A program made the position numbers and the translations under genes. The notes beneath the pieces are model-generated. The model saw only the letters and a list, made by a program, of their open reading frames with translations, was not told where the DNA came from and did no database searches. 29,989 nucleotides of DNA from Fonticula alba ATCC 38817 (lineage: Eukaryota > Protista > Nucleariida): the NCBI GenBank assembly GCA_000388065.2, contig KB932223.1. One strand, given 5' to 3'. This document shows positions 11,144 through 22,268 of this stretch, piece after piece; the stretch's first letter is position 1, and each line of letters opens with the position of its first letter.

Positions 11144-11463
11144 GGTGATATCGGGTGTGGGAGTGGGGGATCTGGGCTTGCGTTTTTGTCGGGTTTTTCC
11201 CCCCACACACCAGAGCATTTCGGGAAAGGTGATCTTACATGTGTGAGGGGGGACGGGAGGGAAGTTTGAAGAGGGGCCTTTTTTGATCGGGTGTGCCGTG
11301 AAATGATCCGGGAAACTTGGGCGCACCTTCACAGACACAAATACGAATCGGAGTCAGGAGGAGGATGTGTGTGTGTGCGTGCAGATTGGTGGTGCGGCTT
11401 GGAGGAGGCCAGAGCTTATATACGGGCCATGGGGCCCCCTACCCAGCCCCCCCCCCCCCCCCC

Positions 11464-11560
11464 NNNNNNNNNNNNNNNNNNNNNNNNNNNNNNNNNNNNN
11501 NNNNNNNNNNNNNNNNNNNNNNNNNNNNNNNNNNNNNNNNNNNNNNNNNNNNNNNNNNNN
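11464..11560. other. Assembly gap (97 N)
   Basis: N run following poly-C. Confidence 1.
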
Positions 11561-12525
11561 CCAAGACCATCCTCCCCCGTCGATTGGGCGGAAAAAAATG
11601 CCGTCAGATTGAGGTGCGCGCCGGTCGCAGGGGCACACACGCACACACACACCGGGGAGGGCGCGGGGGGGCACCGCCTTGGGCGAGACTATCGATCTTT
11701 CATTCCTGTCGATCCCTCGGCCGGATCTTTGTTCAGATGAGGGGTCTGGGGGGGGGGGGTGGCTCACCAAGCCCAGCGTTGTGTCTGACAAAGCACCCCC
11801 TCCTCCCACGGCCCATCTTCGTCAATGATCCACCCCGATCTGGCCGGGCCGAGTCAAGGGGGGCCAGCACATTCTGGATATCATTAACTGATCACTAGCC
11901 ATTAACCGGAAGCAGTCATATGATCGATATCCATGGGCTGATGCCCCCTTCCCGAATTACCATTGCCCTTGCCGGCTTGGGTGGTCCACCTCGGGGACTG
12001 ACGACAGAGGGCCCCCCGAGAAGCCCCTTCGGTGGTGTGGAGCAGTCGACGAACACCCCGGAGCACGAAGTGGTCGTTCCTTCGCCTCGCTCGCAGTTCC
12101 TGCATACGGGCGCTGTATTTGGCGGTCAGCCACCTGCCCGCAGCGTCGACTGCCTCATCTCCACACAGGGAGCCACCGTTCCGGGAGGAGGAATGCCACT
12201 GGCGGAGGAGAAAAGACGTCCAAGACCCCCCCCCTCCCTCCGGCATGTGTGTGTGTGTGTGTATGCTAAACCGACCCGAGCAGGGGAGAAAGAGAAAAGG
12301 TTTATTGGGGGAGGGCAGACGGCGGGCGCAAGGAGGGGAGTTGATTGGCTCGAGCAAGTGGGAGGGGTGGGAAGGTCCGCTCAGCGGTGTCTGGCACCCC
12401 CCCCCCCCCCCTCCTCTCTCTCTCTCTCTCTCTCTCCTCGCGCTGGTTTGTTATCCTTTGCCCTTGTTCACGCGCCTTATCGGCAAATCGGAAGGCCACG
12501 GGCGCCATCTTCAAATCACGCGCCC

Positions 12526-15500
12526 TCACACCTGGGAGGTGTCGGCGGTAGACACCGGGTCAGCGGCCGTGGCCTCCTCCTCGGCAGCGGCCGCAGCCGA
12601 AAGGAGAGCGGCCGCCAGCTGGGCCGAGTCCGACTGGGACAGAAGCATGCTCGCACGGAAGGAGGTCAAGTGCTCCTCGACGGTGGGGATGGAGACGGCC
12701 GCCGGCTCAGCCAGCTCGCCATCAGCCCCCTCCTCGGTGGTCGGATCGCGGTAATGCAGCGGCCGTTCGGAGGCGAAAATAATGTCCCAATAGGTGAGGA
12801 AGGAGGTGAACACCAGCGGCGGGATGCGCAAAGTCCCGCTGAAGACGATGTTCAAGTTGCGCAACGGCATGAGATTCTCATTCTCATGCTCGCGGACCCG
12901 GTTGAAGTGGTCACACAGGTAGCGCAAGGTGGTGTACTGCCGGGGGGGCAGGTGCCCCACCAGCAGACAAAGGTAGTCCATCCGCTCGGACACATCCTCG
13001 ATCGTGCTGGCCGTGTCGAAATTGGCCATCAGTGCCCCGGTGAGGATGGACTCCGGCAACTCACGGAAGTAGCGCTTGAGGATGTTGGCCACCGCGTGGG
13101 GGCTATCCACTTCCGGGTTGAGGGTGGCCCCGGCCGGGTCCTGCTCGAAGCGCTGCTGCATGGCATTCTGCATGCCGGTGGCCCCACTCAAACGGTAAAT
13201 GCCCTCCTCGCGAAGGGCCTCGGCCTCGATGAAGGTCACACAGCGCCAGACAATGGTCGGGACATTGGCCGGCCCGCCGACATCTCCGGCGTCGGGCGCC
13301 TGGTCGATCGACAGGCCGAAGAGGTTCGGCCGACCGGGAACCGGCGACGTGGCCGCGGCCGCGGCAGTTGCCGCATCCGACGGCGAGGGGGACGTCGGGG
13401 TGGACAAGTCAATCATCGAGGCAGATGTGCCACTGATGACCACATGCGAGGGACCAGCCGTCGCGGTGGTGGTGGTGGTGGTGGTGGTGGTGGCGGTCGC
13501 CATATCGTCGCTGGCGGCGGAGGCCCCGGCGCCAGGCGAGCTGCTCGACCCGGAGGAGCCAGGGCTGGCCGACCCGTCGGAGGTGGTGGTAAATTCGGCG
13601 GTGCTACCGGTACGGCCGCTGCCGCGCATCATGCCAGACAACCGGCCCAGGGGCGAGGAGGCAGCCAGAGGCGCTGCGCCCGAGGAGGGATCGGCCGCAG
13701 TGCCGCCGACCGCTCGCCGGGAAGCCTCGCTGCTGGCCAGCGTCGAGGACCGTGTGTCGATGTGCTGGCACCAGGCGGTCCGCTCCGCCTCGGTGGCCGC
13801 ACAAAGGACCACCTGGTGAGCATAGGACTCCGGGTCGGCCGGGTCCCCGGTGAGCGGGTTGCCACCGGGCGCGCCAATGCCACTGGCCGCCGAATTGTAA
13901 TGAATGACCATGGGGAAGGGCGCGTCCGAGGGGGCCGACACGCCGGTCGGCGAAGAGCGCACCAGGCAGCTCAGCACCGGCACCACGAGCATCGGCTGCT
14001 CGTAATTGTTGTCCTTGAAGCTCCGGTTGAAGATCTGCAACGAGTGCGAGTCCAGCTGGGCAAAGCGCGCGCGCCACTTGGACAGACGGTTCGACCGGTA
14101 GAAGAGTAGCCCGGTGAGCAGGTCGGCCGCCCGGGCCCCGGGGGCCAGGATGCTGGCCTGGGTCAGCTCAATCGGGGCCATCATCTCGATGTGCGCCTGC
14201 AAGAGGGTCACCCAGCGATCGCGATCCGCGGCATTCTCCGTGCACAGCAAGTGATAATGCCCATCATCGCGGGTGATGGTGAACCCATAGCGAATGCCCT
14301 GGGACGGGTCGTCGGCCACAATGCTCACATGGGCACCCGGGAGGGGGATCGCCCCGAGAGGGCTGACCTTCTGCTGGCCCTGGGACTCGGCATCGGCCTC
14401 GGTGTCATTGGTGAAGTAGAGGAGCTGGTCACCGCGGAAGACGAAGAAACGGGACTTCCACACGCCAAGGCGCCTGCCGCGCTTCAGCATGTAGCTGGCA
14501 TGCTCGCCGGCGCGCGTGCGCCCGGACGACAGCGACCACCCGGACGCATTGTCCTGGATGTTGGTGGTGATGAATGCCAGCAGCGTGGGCCATGTGGTGA
14601 GGTACTTCATCATGTTGGCCAGGTAGCTCTCGAACTGGGCCTATATGAGTGGCAATGCATAAGTGTCCATGAAGAGGGAGAGGAAGGGGAGGAGGAGGAG
14701 GATGGGAGAGGGGGGAGGTGAGTTGAAGGGTGAGCAGTGTGTCGCGCGGCAGCATGGGCGCATGTAAACAAACCTTTCGCTCATCGACGACCACCGGCGA
14801 CAGGCGGTTGAGCATGACCTTCTCGGGGATGGAGCCGACCTTGTCCACCATCAGCGGGTACTCCTTGCGAAGCTACATGGCCATGAGCGGAAGGGGGGGG
14901 GGGGGGGGCAACGAGGAAGGGGTCTGGGATTAGAGGGGGGGGGAATGAAGAGATTGCGAGAAGGAGGGGTAGCACATCATATGCGCACCTTGGCATCCAG
15001 CTCGACGAATTGGGAGTAGCTCTTGTTGATGCGCCACTGCTCGATGTTGTTGTGGAAGAAGGCCCCCACGTAGACGATGCTCTGAGAGACCTTCGAGTCG
15101 GACAGGATCATGGCCGAAGGAACGCGAACCTGAAAGGGAAAAGGCCGGAACGGGACGGGCGGGCTGGGTCAGGCCGGGCGGTTGTGGGGGGCAGATGCAG
15201 ACGCACGGCAGCAGCCAGGCAGGGCAGACAGATGCAAGGGGACATACCACAAGTTTCTCCATGACCGTGGCCGGGACAATCCCGCGCGGGTCGGCGACGA
15301 TGCCGTTCTCCGGGGACAGGAGCTGAGCCATGGCCTGGGCATCGGCCTCCGGGGCGGTGGTGTCAATCGGTGGCGGCACGGAGCCGGGCTTGGTGGCGGA
15401 GTCGGCGGGCTGGTCATCCTCAGTGGAGTCGGCAGCCTCGGTGGGCTCGGCGTCCTCGGTGGGCTCAGCAAGCTCGGTGATCTCGGTGGCCTCAAGCTCC

Positions 15501-16435
15501 GACTCGGAGTCGGACTGAGTGGCCGAGTCGACGACGGCGGCGGGGACGGCGGCGGCGGGCCCGGCGGCTGTCTCAGCGACCGCGGAATAGGCTTCATCCT
15601 CAGAGAGGCTTTCCGGGTTGGCGGTCAGCGTGTCGGTGGCGGTATTCCCGGAGGAGCTGGCGGGCGCCGGAGACCCGAGAACATAGGAAACATCCTCGGC
15701 CGAGTCGGGACCAGTGGCCGCGGGCTCGGTCAGCTCGCACTGCTGGGACAGCAGGGCACCGTACATGAATTGCTTCTCGATGGAATCGACACAGTGGTCG
15801 GTAACATCGGGCTGAGGCTGTTCCGGGGTCAGATCGGAGGCGACCATGGCCGCGGCAGCCGAGCTGAAGCTGAAGTTGGCCACCGGCGAGGCCCCGTGGC
15901 CGAAGACCACCGACTGGCGGGTGGCCCGGCGCGAGTTGAAGGCCGGCAGGTGGGTGGACTCCTGGTCAAGGGCGTTCATGGCGCTAATCAGGTCGTCGGC
16001 CGATGTGGGGGCATCGGCCGAGGTGGCGGCGGCCACATCGGCGGCCGGAGGCTCGGCACTTTCGGTGACCACCGGCGCGGGGACGGCCTCCGGCTCGGGC
16101 GCCGCCTGGCTGGTGGAGTCGACGATGGCCAGAGCGGCGGCCACGGCGTCCTCCAGGTGGTCGTCTGTCCCGCCGGCGCTCAGGACGCTCGGCAGAGCGG
16201 GGATGGCCGACAGGTGTTGCGAGTCGGCGGCGGGGCCCGGCGCCGAGCTGGGCTTGGCCGGGAGGACGACAGGCGAGTCGGCGGTCGGGATCTCGGCCCC
16301 AACGCCAGCCTCCGCGCCCACCGCGGTCGGCATAGGCGGCGGCGGGGGCAGACTAATGGGATTGGGCTGGGAGCTGAGCTGCTGGAGCATGGCGTCCACC
16401 TCAAGCAAAGCCTGGGCGGTGGGAGGTTGGGTCAT
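12526..16435 (-). CDS. BEM3: Bem3-like Rho GTPase-activating protein: acidic low-complexity N-terminus, PX, PH, PH, RhoGAP (~1180 aa, 4 exons)
   Basis: Exons 16435-15248, 15129-14989, 14872-14774, 14640-12526, all phase 0; donors GTATGT, GTGCGC, GTTTGT. Exons 2-4 build a PX-like segment (WRINKSYSQFVELDAKLRKEYP...IPEK...VDERKAQFESYL). Two PH-like domains (YMLKRG..VWKSRFFV...DRDRWVTLL; LFYRSNRLSKWRARF...ERTAWCQHI). RhoGAP with arginine finger EEGIYRLSG, ANILKRYFRELPE and NLMPLRNLNIVF. The BEM3 name rests on domain architecture only. Confidence 0.88.
13465..13491. repeat. (GGT)9 repeat encoding poly-Thr in the RhoGAP linker
   Basis: On the minus strand (ACC)9 gives nine Thr between the second PH domain and the RhoGAP domain. 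Confidence 0.95.
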
Positions 16436-16514
16436 GGCGCCGGGAGCAGGCTGACGCACAGCGCCATTCGGAAGGGGGGCATATGTTAGAGGGGAGGAGG
16501 GCAGGAGGGGGGGG

Positions 16515-16685
16515 NNNNNNNNNNNNNNNNNNNNNNNNNNNNNNNNNNNNNNNNNNNNNNNNNNNNNNNNNNNNNNNNNNNNNNNNNNNNNNNNNNNNNN
16601 NNNNNNNNNNNNNNNNNNNNNNNNNNNNNNNNNNNNNNNNNNNNNNNNNNNNNNNNNNNNNNNNNNNNNNNNNNNNNNNNNNNNN
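16515..16685. other. Assembly gap (171 N)
   Basis: N run. Confidence 1.
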
Positions 16686-16721
16686 TCTTTGTTCAGATGA
16701 GGGGTCTGGGGGGGGGGGGGG
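16686..16721 (+). repeat. Copy of 11726-11759 at a contig start
   Basis: TCTTTGTTCAGATGAGGGGTCT followed by poly-G occurs at 11726 and at 16686, the latter immediately after a gap. Confidence 0.9.
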
Positions 16722-18092
16722 AGGGATTATTATCTGATCTGGCACTCTGCCCTGTCTCACTGGCGCCGAGAATCGCGCACCCAGAGTGGGAGCCCCCCCC
16801 CCGACCGGCCCACGCCCCTTGAGGAAGGGGTGCCTCACCCAGGGCTCCTGCTCCTTGGGGCCATGCCCAGGAGAAAAGGAGGTGCCGCGAGACGGCGGCG
16901 AAGGAATCCAGCTCACAAATATGGGTTATTGGTGAACGACACACTTCGATCCCCAGACCGTGATCCTCACCCTCGCGGGGCACAGGGGGAGGGGGGCGGG
17001 CGAGAAAGCCAGTCGCCCTCTCCTGCGCAGGGGCCGACCTCCACGCGAAGTGGGCACGCCCTTGGCCAGGGGGGCCGACTCGGGAGCGGCGCAATCGTCC
17101 CCAAAGGCATTCCCCCCCTCCCCCCCTGCCCTCCGCTGCCCCTCGTCCCGGGCGGCCTCTTGGTGGCTGCCTTGTCGCGTTGGACGAGCCCTACACCCCT
17201 CGTTGACTGGATCAGCAGGGGGCGTGCGGGATCGGGCGAGTGCACGCGGCACTGGTACCATTGCTGGGTCTCGTTGGCTGTTGGAATCCCCGACGGATGC
17301 CAGAGAAATGTGTCCGGAACCCCGGGGGGGGGAGGAGGGGCAACAGGCTGGCCCGAGACCCCTCTGTGCCCTGGCCGCTTCGGGTGGGCAGGCCGTCTCC
17401 CTCCTGCCGGCCGCCACACGCGGCTGGGCTGCCTCTCCCAGAGATCCACCAGAGAAGAATCCCCGCCGGCCCGACGACCTCCGAGCGAGAGAGGGGGGCA
17501 CGCGGGGGCCACAAGCGCAAGGGGCACCTCTCGGCCCGGGGACGGGTCCGTTCCCAGCAGAGCTCAGGTGAATGCGCTGCGGTTCCGAACCCGTCTGGAC
17601 TCCTGGGGGGGGGGGGCCTGTGTCCGGGGTGGTAACACTTCCATCGCCCTGGCGGCTCGGTTGGCCCTTCTGGAGTTCGCTCGCCCCGGGCGGAGCAGCC
17701 GCCGGGCCCCTTTCGGGTCTCGCCCCGGGCGGCTATTGGTCAAGTGTGGGACGTGAAGTGGCGGAGTCGGCCCTGTCGACCGCCGTGAGCCACCCCCCAG
17801 CTAAAGGACCCTTGTCCAGGCAACTTCGTTCGGGTGAATATGCGCGTGTATTGGGTGCATTATAATTTCGCGAAATACAATATGAAGGCCTTGCTTCCCA
17901 CAGCAGGAATAAAACCCAAGTCTGGCGGCCGACTGACCATAGAGTGTGCATCTCGTGACACGCACATGACCCCGATGGCATACCGTGACACCGCCCCAGC
18001 TATCCATGCGGCGCCAGCCGATGCGGGTCTCAGCGCTCCATGTCCTCTCCCCCCCCCCCTGGGTGTTGGTCCTGTCCGTGTCTCGCTTTCTT

Positions 18093-18094
<2 letters not shown>

Positions 18095-18130
<36 letters not shown>
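18095..18130. repeat. (TC)18 microsatellite upstream of UTP14
   Basis: Read directly from the sequence. Confidence 0.97.
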
Positions 18131-18132
<2 letters not shown>

Positions 18133-18243
18133 GTTCTCAGCCCCGCACTGTCGTTCGGGTTCTCCTGTACAAAGGTCCTCCCTTGAGCTCGGCTGGTCTT
18201 GTCGTGTCTTCTCGTCCTTACCTCTGGAAGGCCCAGACTGCGA

Positions 18244-18244
<1 letters not shown>

Positions 18245-18280
<36 letters not shown>
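18245..18280. repeat. (TG)18 microsatellite upstream of UTP14
   Basis: Read directly from the sequence. Confidence 0.97.
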
Positions 18281-18282
<2 letters not shown>

Positions 18283-18499
18283 GTAGCTTTTAATCCCATC
18301 ATCATCGGCCCTCCTCCTCCAGGTTGTGATCCAACCATCCCCCTATCTACCCTCCACTTTCCTCCTTCCCCCCCCCCCTCCCCCCGCCCCCACTTCGCAC
18401 AACCTTCTTGTCCTATCTCCTGCCCGATTCGCACCGATCTCGACTCGCCCCGCCGCCTGCCTGCCTGATCCTCGCCTACACTCCAGATCTCACACGAGG

Positions 18500-21428
18500 A
18501 TGAACAACCGCGGCCTTTCCCGCCGCCGCCAGCGTCATGAGGCCCGTAAAACTCAGGTGCGCAAGATGCCCCTCACATCTTGGATATCCAATCCATGCAT
18601 TTTACTTCCTTCCTCACGCACACGCACACGCTCACTCCTCACCGCCTTCCCCACACCATCCCCTTCCCTTCTCGCCATCTCTCGGCCATGGGTCGGATCC
18701 TCAGGGCCCCGGCTTCCATGCTGAGAGTGGCGCGGCCCACCTCTCTTCTAGCCTGTCGGCCAAGAAGGCCAAGAAAACCTCGAAAAAGCGTGAGCCCTCT
18801 CTGGCCGAGCTCAAGCAGCGCGTGCGTTGCCGATGATGGCCATCCGTCGCTCACCCTCTTCGCTGCCTGCTCCTGGGCCTCGCCGACTGACCAACCTACC
18901 GTCATATCTCATTGCGCGATCTCCACCACCCTACAGATGCTGAATGCCTTCGAGAATGACGATTACGATGACGATGGTTCCCTGCTGGCCGCCGATGTGG
19001 ATGATGGTGCCGGCGGCGGCCCGGATGTTGATGATCGGGGCTTCGTCAAGATCGATCTCGGCAAGCTCGGCTTCAACCCGATGGGCGGTAACCCGGACGA
19101 CGGTGCGCCCCCGAAAGTCACTTCCCTTTTCCGGGTCTGATGCACGCACGCTCCCCCCCCCCCCCCCCCCCATCTTTGACTGACCCCGGTCTCCCCTCCC
19201 CCCCCCACGCAGATGAGGAGATTGACGAGGATGAGGCCTTCGGCGAGAGTGACGAGGACACCTACGGGGACATCCTGAACACCATCGCCGAGCGTACCAA
19301 GAACTTCAGTCGTCTCAACGCGTCCGATCGGAAGCGCCGCCACGTGGCCGACGACGATGAGGACGACGAGGAGGACGATTCCGACGAGGACCCATCCATG
19401 GCCGGATACTACAGCGGCGATGATGAGGACGAGTATGCCGGCACCGACAGCCTGGCGGACATGCTGATGGCCGGAGTTGGCGCCAGCGACGATGACTACC
19501 CCGGCATTCAGACGGACTCCGACTCCGAGGAGGAGCTGTCCTTCGCCGGGGAGGATGCCAGTGACTCGGATGCCGAGGATGCCGAGGATGCGGCCTTCCT
19601 GGCGGAGTTTACTGCTCGGCATCGTCAGGCCGAGGGCTCTGCCGCGCGCGATGCCGAGGTGAGCCGCGTCCAGGCTGTCAAGCTGGTCCAGTCGATTGAT
19701 GGCGCACAGCCGGAACAGACCGAGGCGTATGCCGAGTCGGAGATGAACCTCCAGCCGTCGGCTGGCCTGAGCCTGCGTGACCTGATTTCCTCGGCTTCGC
19801 GTCTGGATACCACGGCCTCCGGCATGAAGGGACAGGTATGCACAGTCCGCCCCCCCCCCCCCCCCCCATATATCTCCTTCTTCCCTCTCGGCTCCTCGAT
19901 CTCCCCTCCCCCCCTTCACAACATGGCTCTGTTGTAGCCTGTCCTCAGCCTCCGCTAACACTGTAGTTCCCATGGCTGCTCTCCCCATGCATGTAGCTCA
20001 AGTCCCTGAAGAAGATCCGCGACGCGGAGCTGGCGCCCGTGCACTCGGTCGAGGCCGAGCGTCTGACGCGCGAGGCGGCCTACAACATGGCCAAGGATAG
20101 TGTCACCGAGTGGCAGCCCTTCGTGGCCAGGCTCAACAGTATGGAGTTCGTGTCATTCCCCCTGATGGACACGAGTGTCTCCAACCAGCGACTTAATTCC
20201 ATCAACGAGCTGGCCTCCACGCATGAGGTATGTTCCGCCTCTCCCTTTGCCTGTTCCCCGCCCCTCGCTCTTTGGCACATGTGGCATAATGTGTTTGGCC
20301 ATGTTTTTACTCCTGCGCGCCTGCACACGACTTCTCCCTCACACTTGCATGTTCTCCTTTGCGCTGCTCCCACTGCTGCTTCTCCCCGGCCCCCAGTCTG
20401 AGACCGCCCTTGAAAAGGACATCCAAGTCCTGCTGGAGACGGCGGGACTGCAGAATGAGGCGTCGATCGCCGCGCTGGAGGAGGACGACGACCAGATGAA
20501 GGCCCTGACGGCCGAGGAGATGGCCGAGCGCCGGGCGCAGCTGGCCCGCATGCGCCACCTGCTGCTGTCCAATGAGCTGAAGCAGGCTCGCCAGGCAAAG
20601 ATCAAGAGCAAGGCCTTCCGCCGGGTGAAGAAGCGCGAGCGCGAGCGCAAGGAACTGTCCATCGACGAGATGGCGGCCGTGGATCCGCAGGCCGCGCGCG
20701 AGCGCCTCGAGCGCATGGAGATGCAGCGCCTGGAGGAGCGCATGACCCAGCGCCACCGCGGCGGGGGCAAGTGGTCGCGCGAGATGGCCAAGCGCGGGGT
20801 TCGGCCGAATGAGCTTCTTCGCGGGGCCATGGACGAGCAGTCGCGCATCTCCGAGGAGCTGCGCACCAAGAGGACCCTGTCGCTGGATGCGGGTCTCGGT
20901 GGTGGGAGCTATTCGGATGAGGATGACGGTGCCCTTTCCGATGGCCTGGATGTCGTGCGCCCGGGCCATGGGGCCGGTCTGCGGGCGGTCATTGCCGGCG
21001 CCACGCTGGATCCTGGCGCTGCCATTGGCCAGTCGTCGGAGGCGTCGGCCTCTCGGAGCCTGGCCGCGGCGCTCTCCGGGCGCGGATCGGCCGTGGCTGC
21101 CGGTGGTGCCTCTCTCGATGACCATGGTGATGAGTTCCTGTTGGATATGGATGTTACCGGAGGCGGCAACGGTGGCGGCGCCGAGCCGCAGGCGAACCCC
21201 TTCGCCATCGCCCTGGACCAGAAGGACCTGGTGGAGCGGGCGTTCGAGGGGGACGACGTCTTCGAGGCGGACTTCCAGAAGGAGAAGGATCATGATATGG
21301 AGCTGAATCTGCCGGATTTGCCGCCGGCCGATGTTCCAGGCTGGGTATGTTTGTTCTCTGCTCGTCCCTATTGCCCGTGTCGCATGTGGATCTGTGTTTG
21401 GCCGTGTGTCTTCTAACATGTTCTTCTG

Positions 21429-21521
<93 letters not shown>

Positions 21522-21965
21522 CTCTCTCTCTTTTCCAATCGGGTGTTTCCTCCTCCCCTCCCACGCCCCCCTGGCCGTCATCATTAGGGCTCGTGGGGTG
21601 GTGAAGGTGCCCGGCCAAGCCAGGCCGCCCAGCGGCGCGAGGCCAAGCGCCAGCGCACCATCGAGAAGATCAAGTCCGCCGCGCGTGCCGGGAGGTCGGA
21701 CGCCAATCTGGCACACGTCATCATCAACGACCGGGTCAACAAGAAGCAGAGCAAGCTGCATGCGGACATTCTGCCGCATGGATTCTCCACGCGCAGTCAG
21801 TATGACAACCTGATCAGCCGCCCGGTGGGTGCGGCCTTCAACACGCAGACCGCCGCCGAGCGGGCCACCCGGCCGCGCGTCATGACCAAGGCTGGTCACA
21901 TCATCGAGGCTCCGCGCTCAGCCAAGATGACCCTTCCGGGTCGGACGATCTCCGGCAAGGAGTAA
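18500..21965 (+). CDS. UTP14: U3 snoRNA-associated protein 14 (SSU processome), ~839 aa, 7 exons
   Basis: Exons 18500-18556, 18705-18821, 18937-19102, 19213-19835, 19997-20227, 20397-21344, 21588-21965 (2520 nt, open frame). Splicing restores the hallmark VPGW|GSWGG. Also DEEIDEDEAFGESDE, AKIKSKAFRRVKKRER, RLEERMTQRHRGGGKW and a C-terminal VIIN...LPHGF...QYD...PVG...TRPRVMTKAGHII block. The first two exons are less certain. Confidence 0.93.
21429..21530. repeat. Compound (TC)n/TCTT pyrimidine repeat in UTP14 intron 6
   Basis: About 100 nt of pure pyrimidines inside intron 21345-21587. Confidence 0.95.
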
Positions 21966-22245
21966 GGCGAACGAGAAGGTGCACACAGGCCTCCCCCCCC
22001 CAAGTTGGCAGAAGGTGGGTGGACAGGAGGGAGGCGCAGGAAGGGGCGGGGGGGGGGGGGGGGGGGGGGGCGAGGAGCCGGAGCGCGCCAGGGCTGGACG
22101 AGTGTGGCCCGTGCGTGTCGCTCTCTGGCTCTATCTCACCCTCGATCTCTTCCGCCTCCTCCTCTTTCCCCTCTCCGCTAGCCAGCAGCTTTACTCCCGG
22201 GGCCTGGCCGTGATCTCCGCTGCCCGTGCGGGCATGCGCGCCGAT

Positions 22246-22268
22246 CACACACACACACACACACACAC
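22246..22268. repeat. (CA)n microsatellite
   Basis: Read directly from the sequence. Confidence 0.95.

Noticed and set aside
11920-14109. 729-aa plus-strand ORF antisense to the RhoGAP (likewise 15182..16489 on + and 20307..21899 on -)
   Set aside because: Antisense shadows of the real CDSs, running through microsatellites, with no domain-like content.
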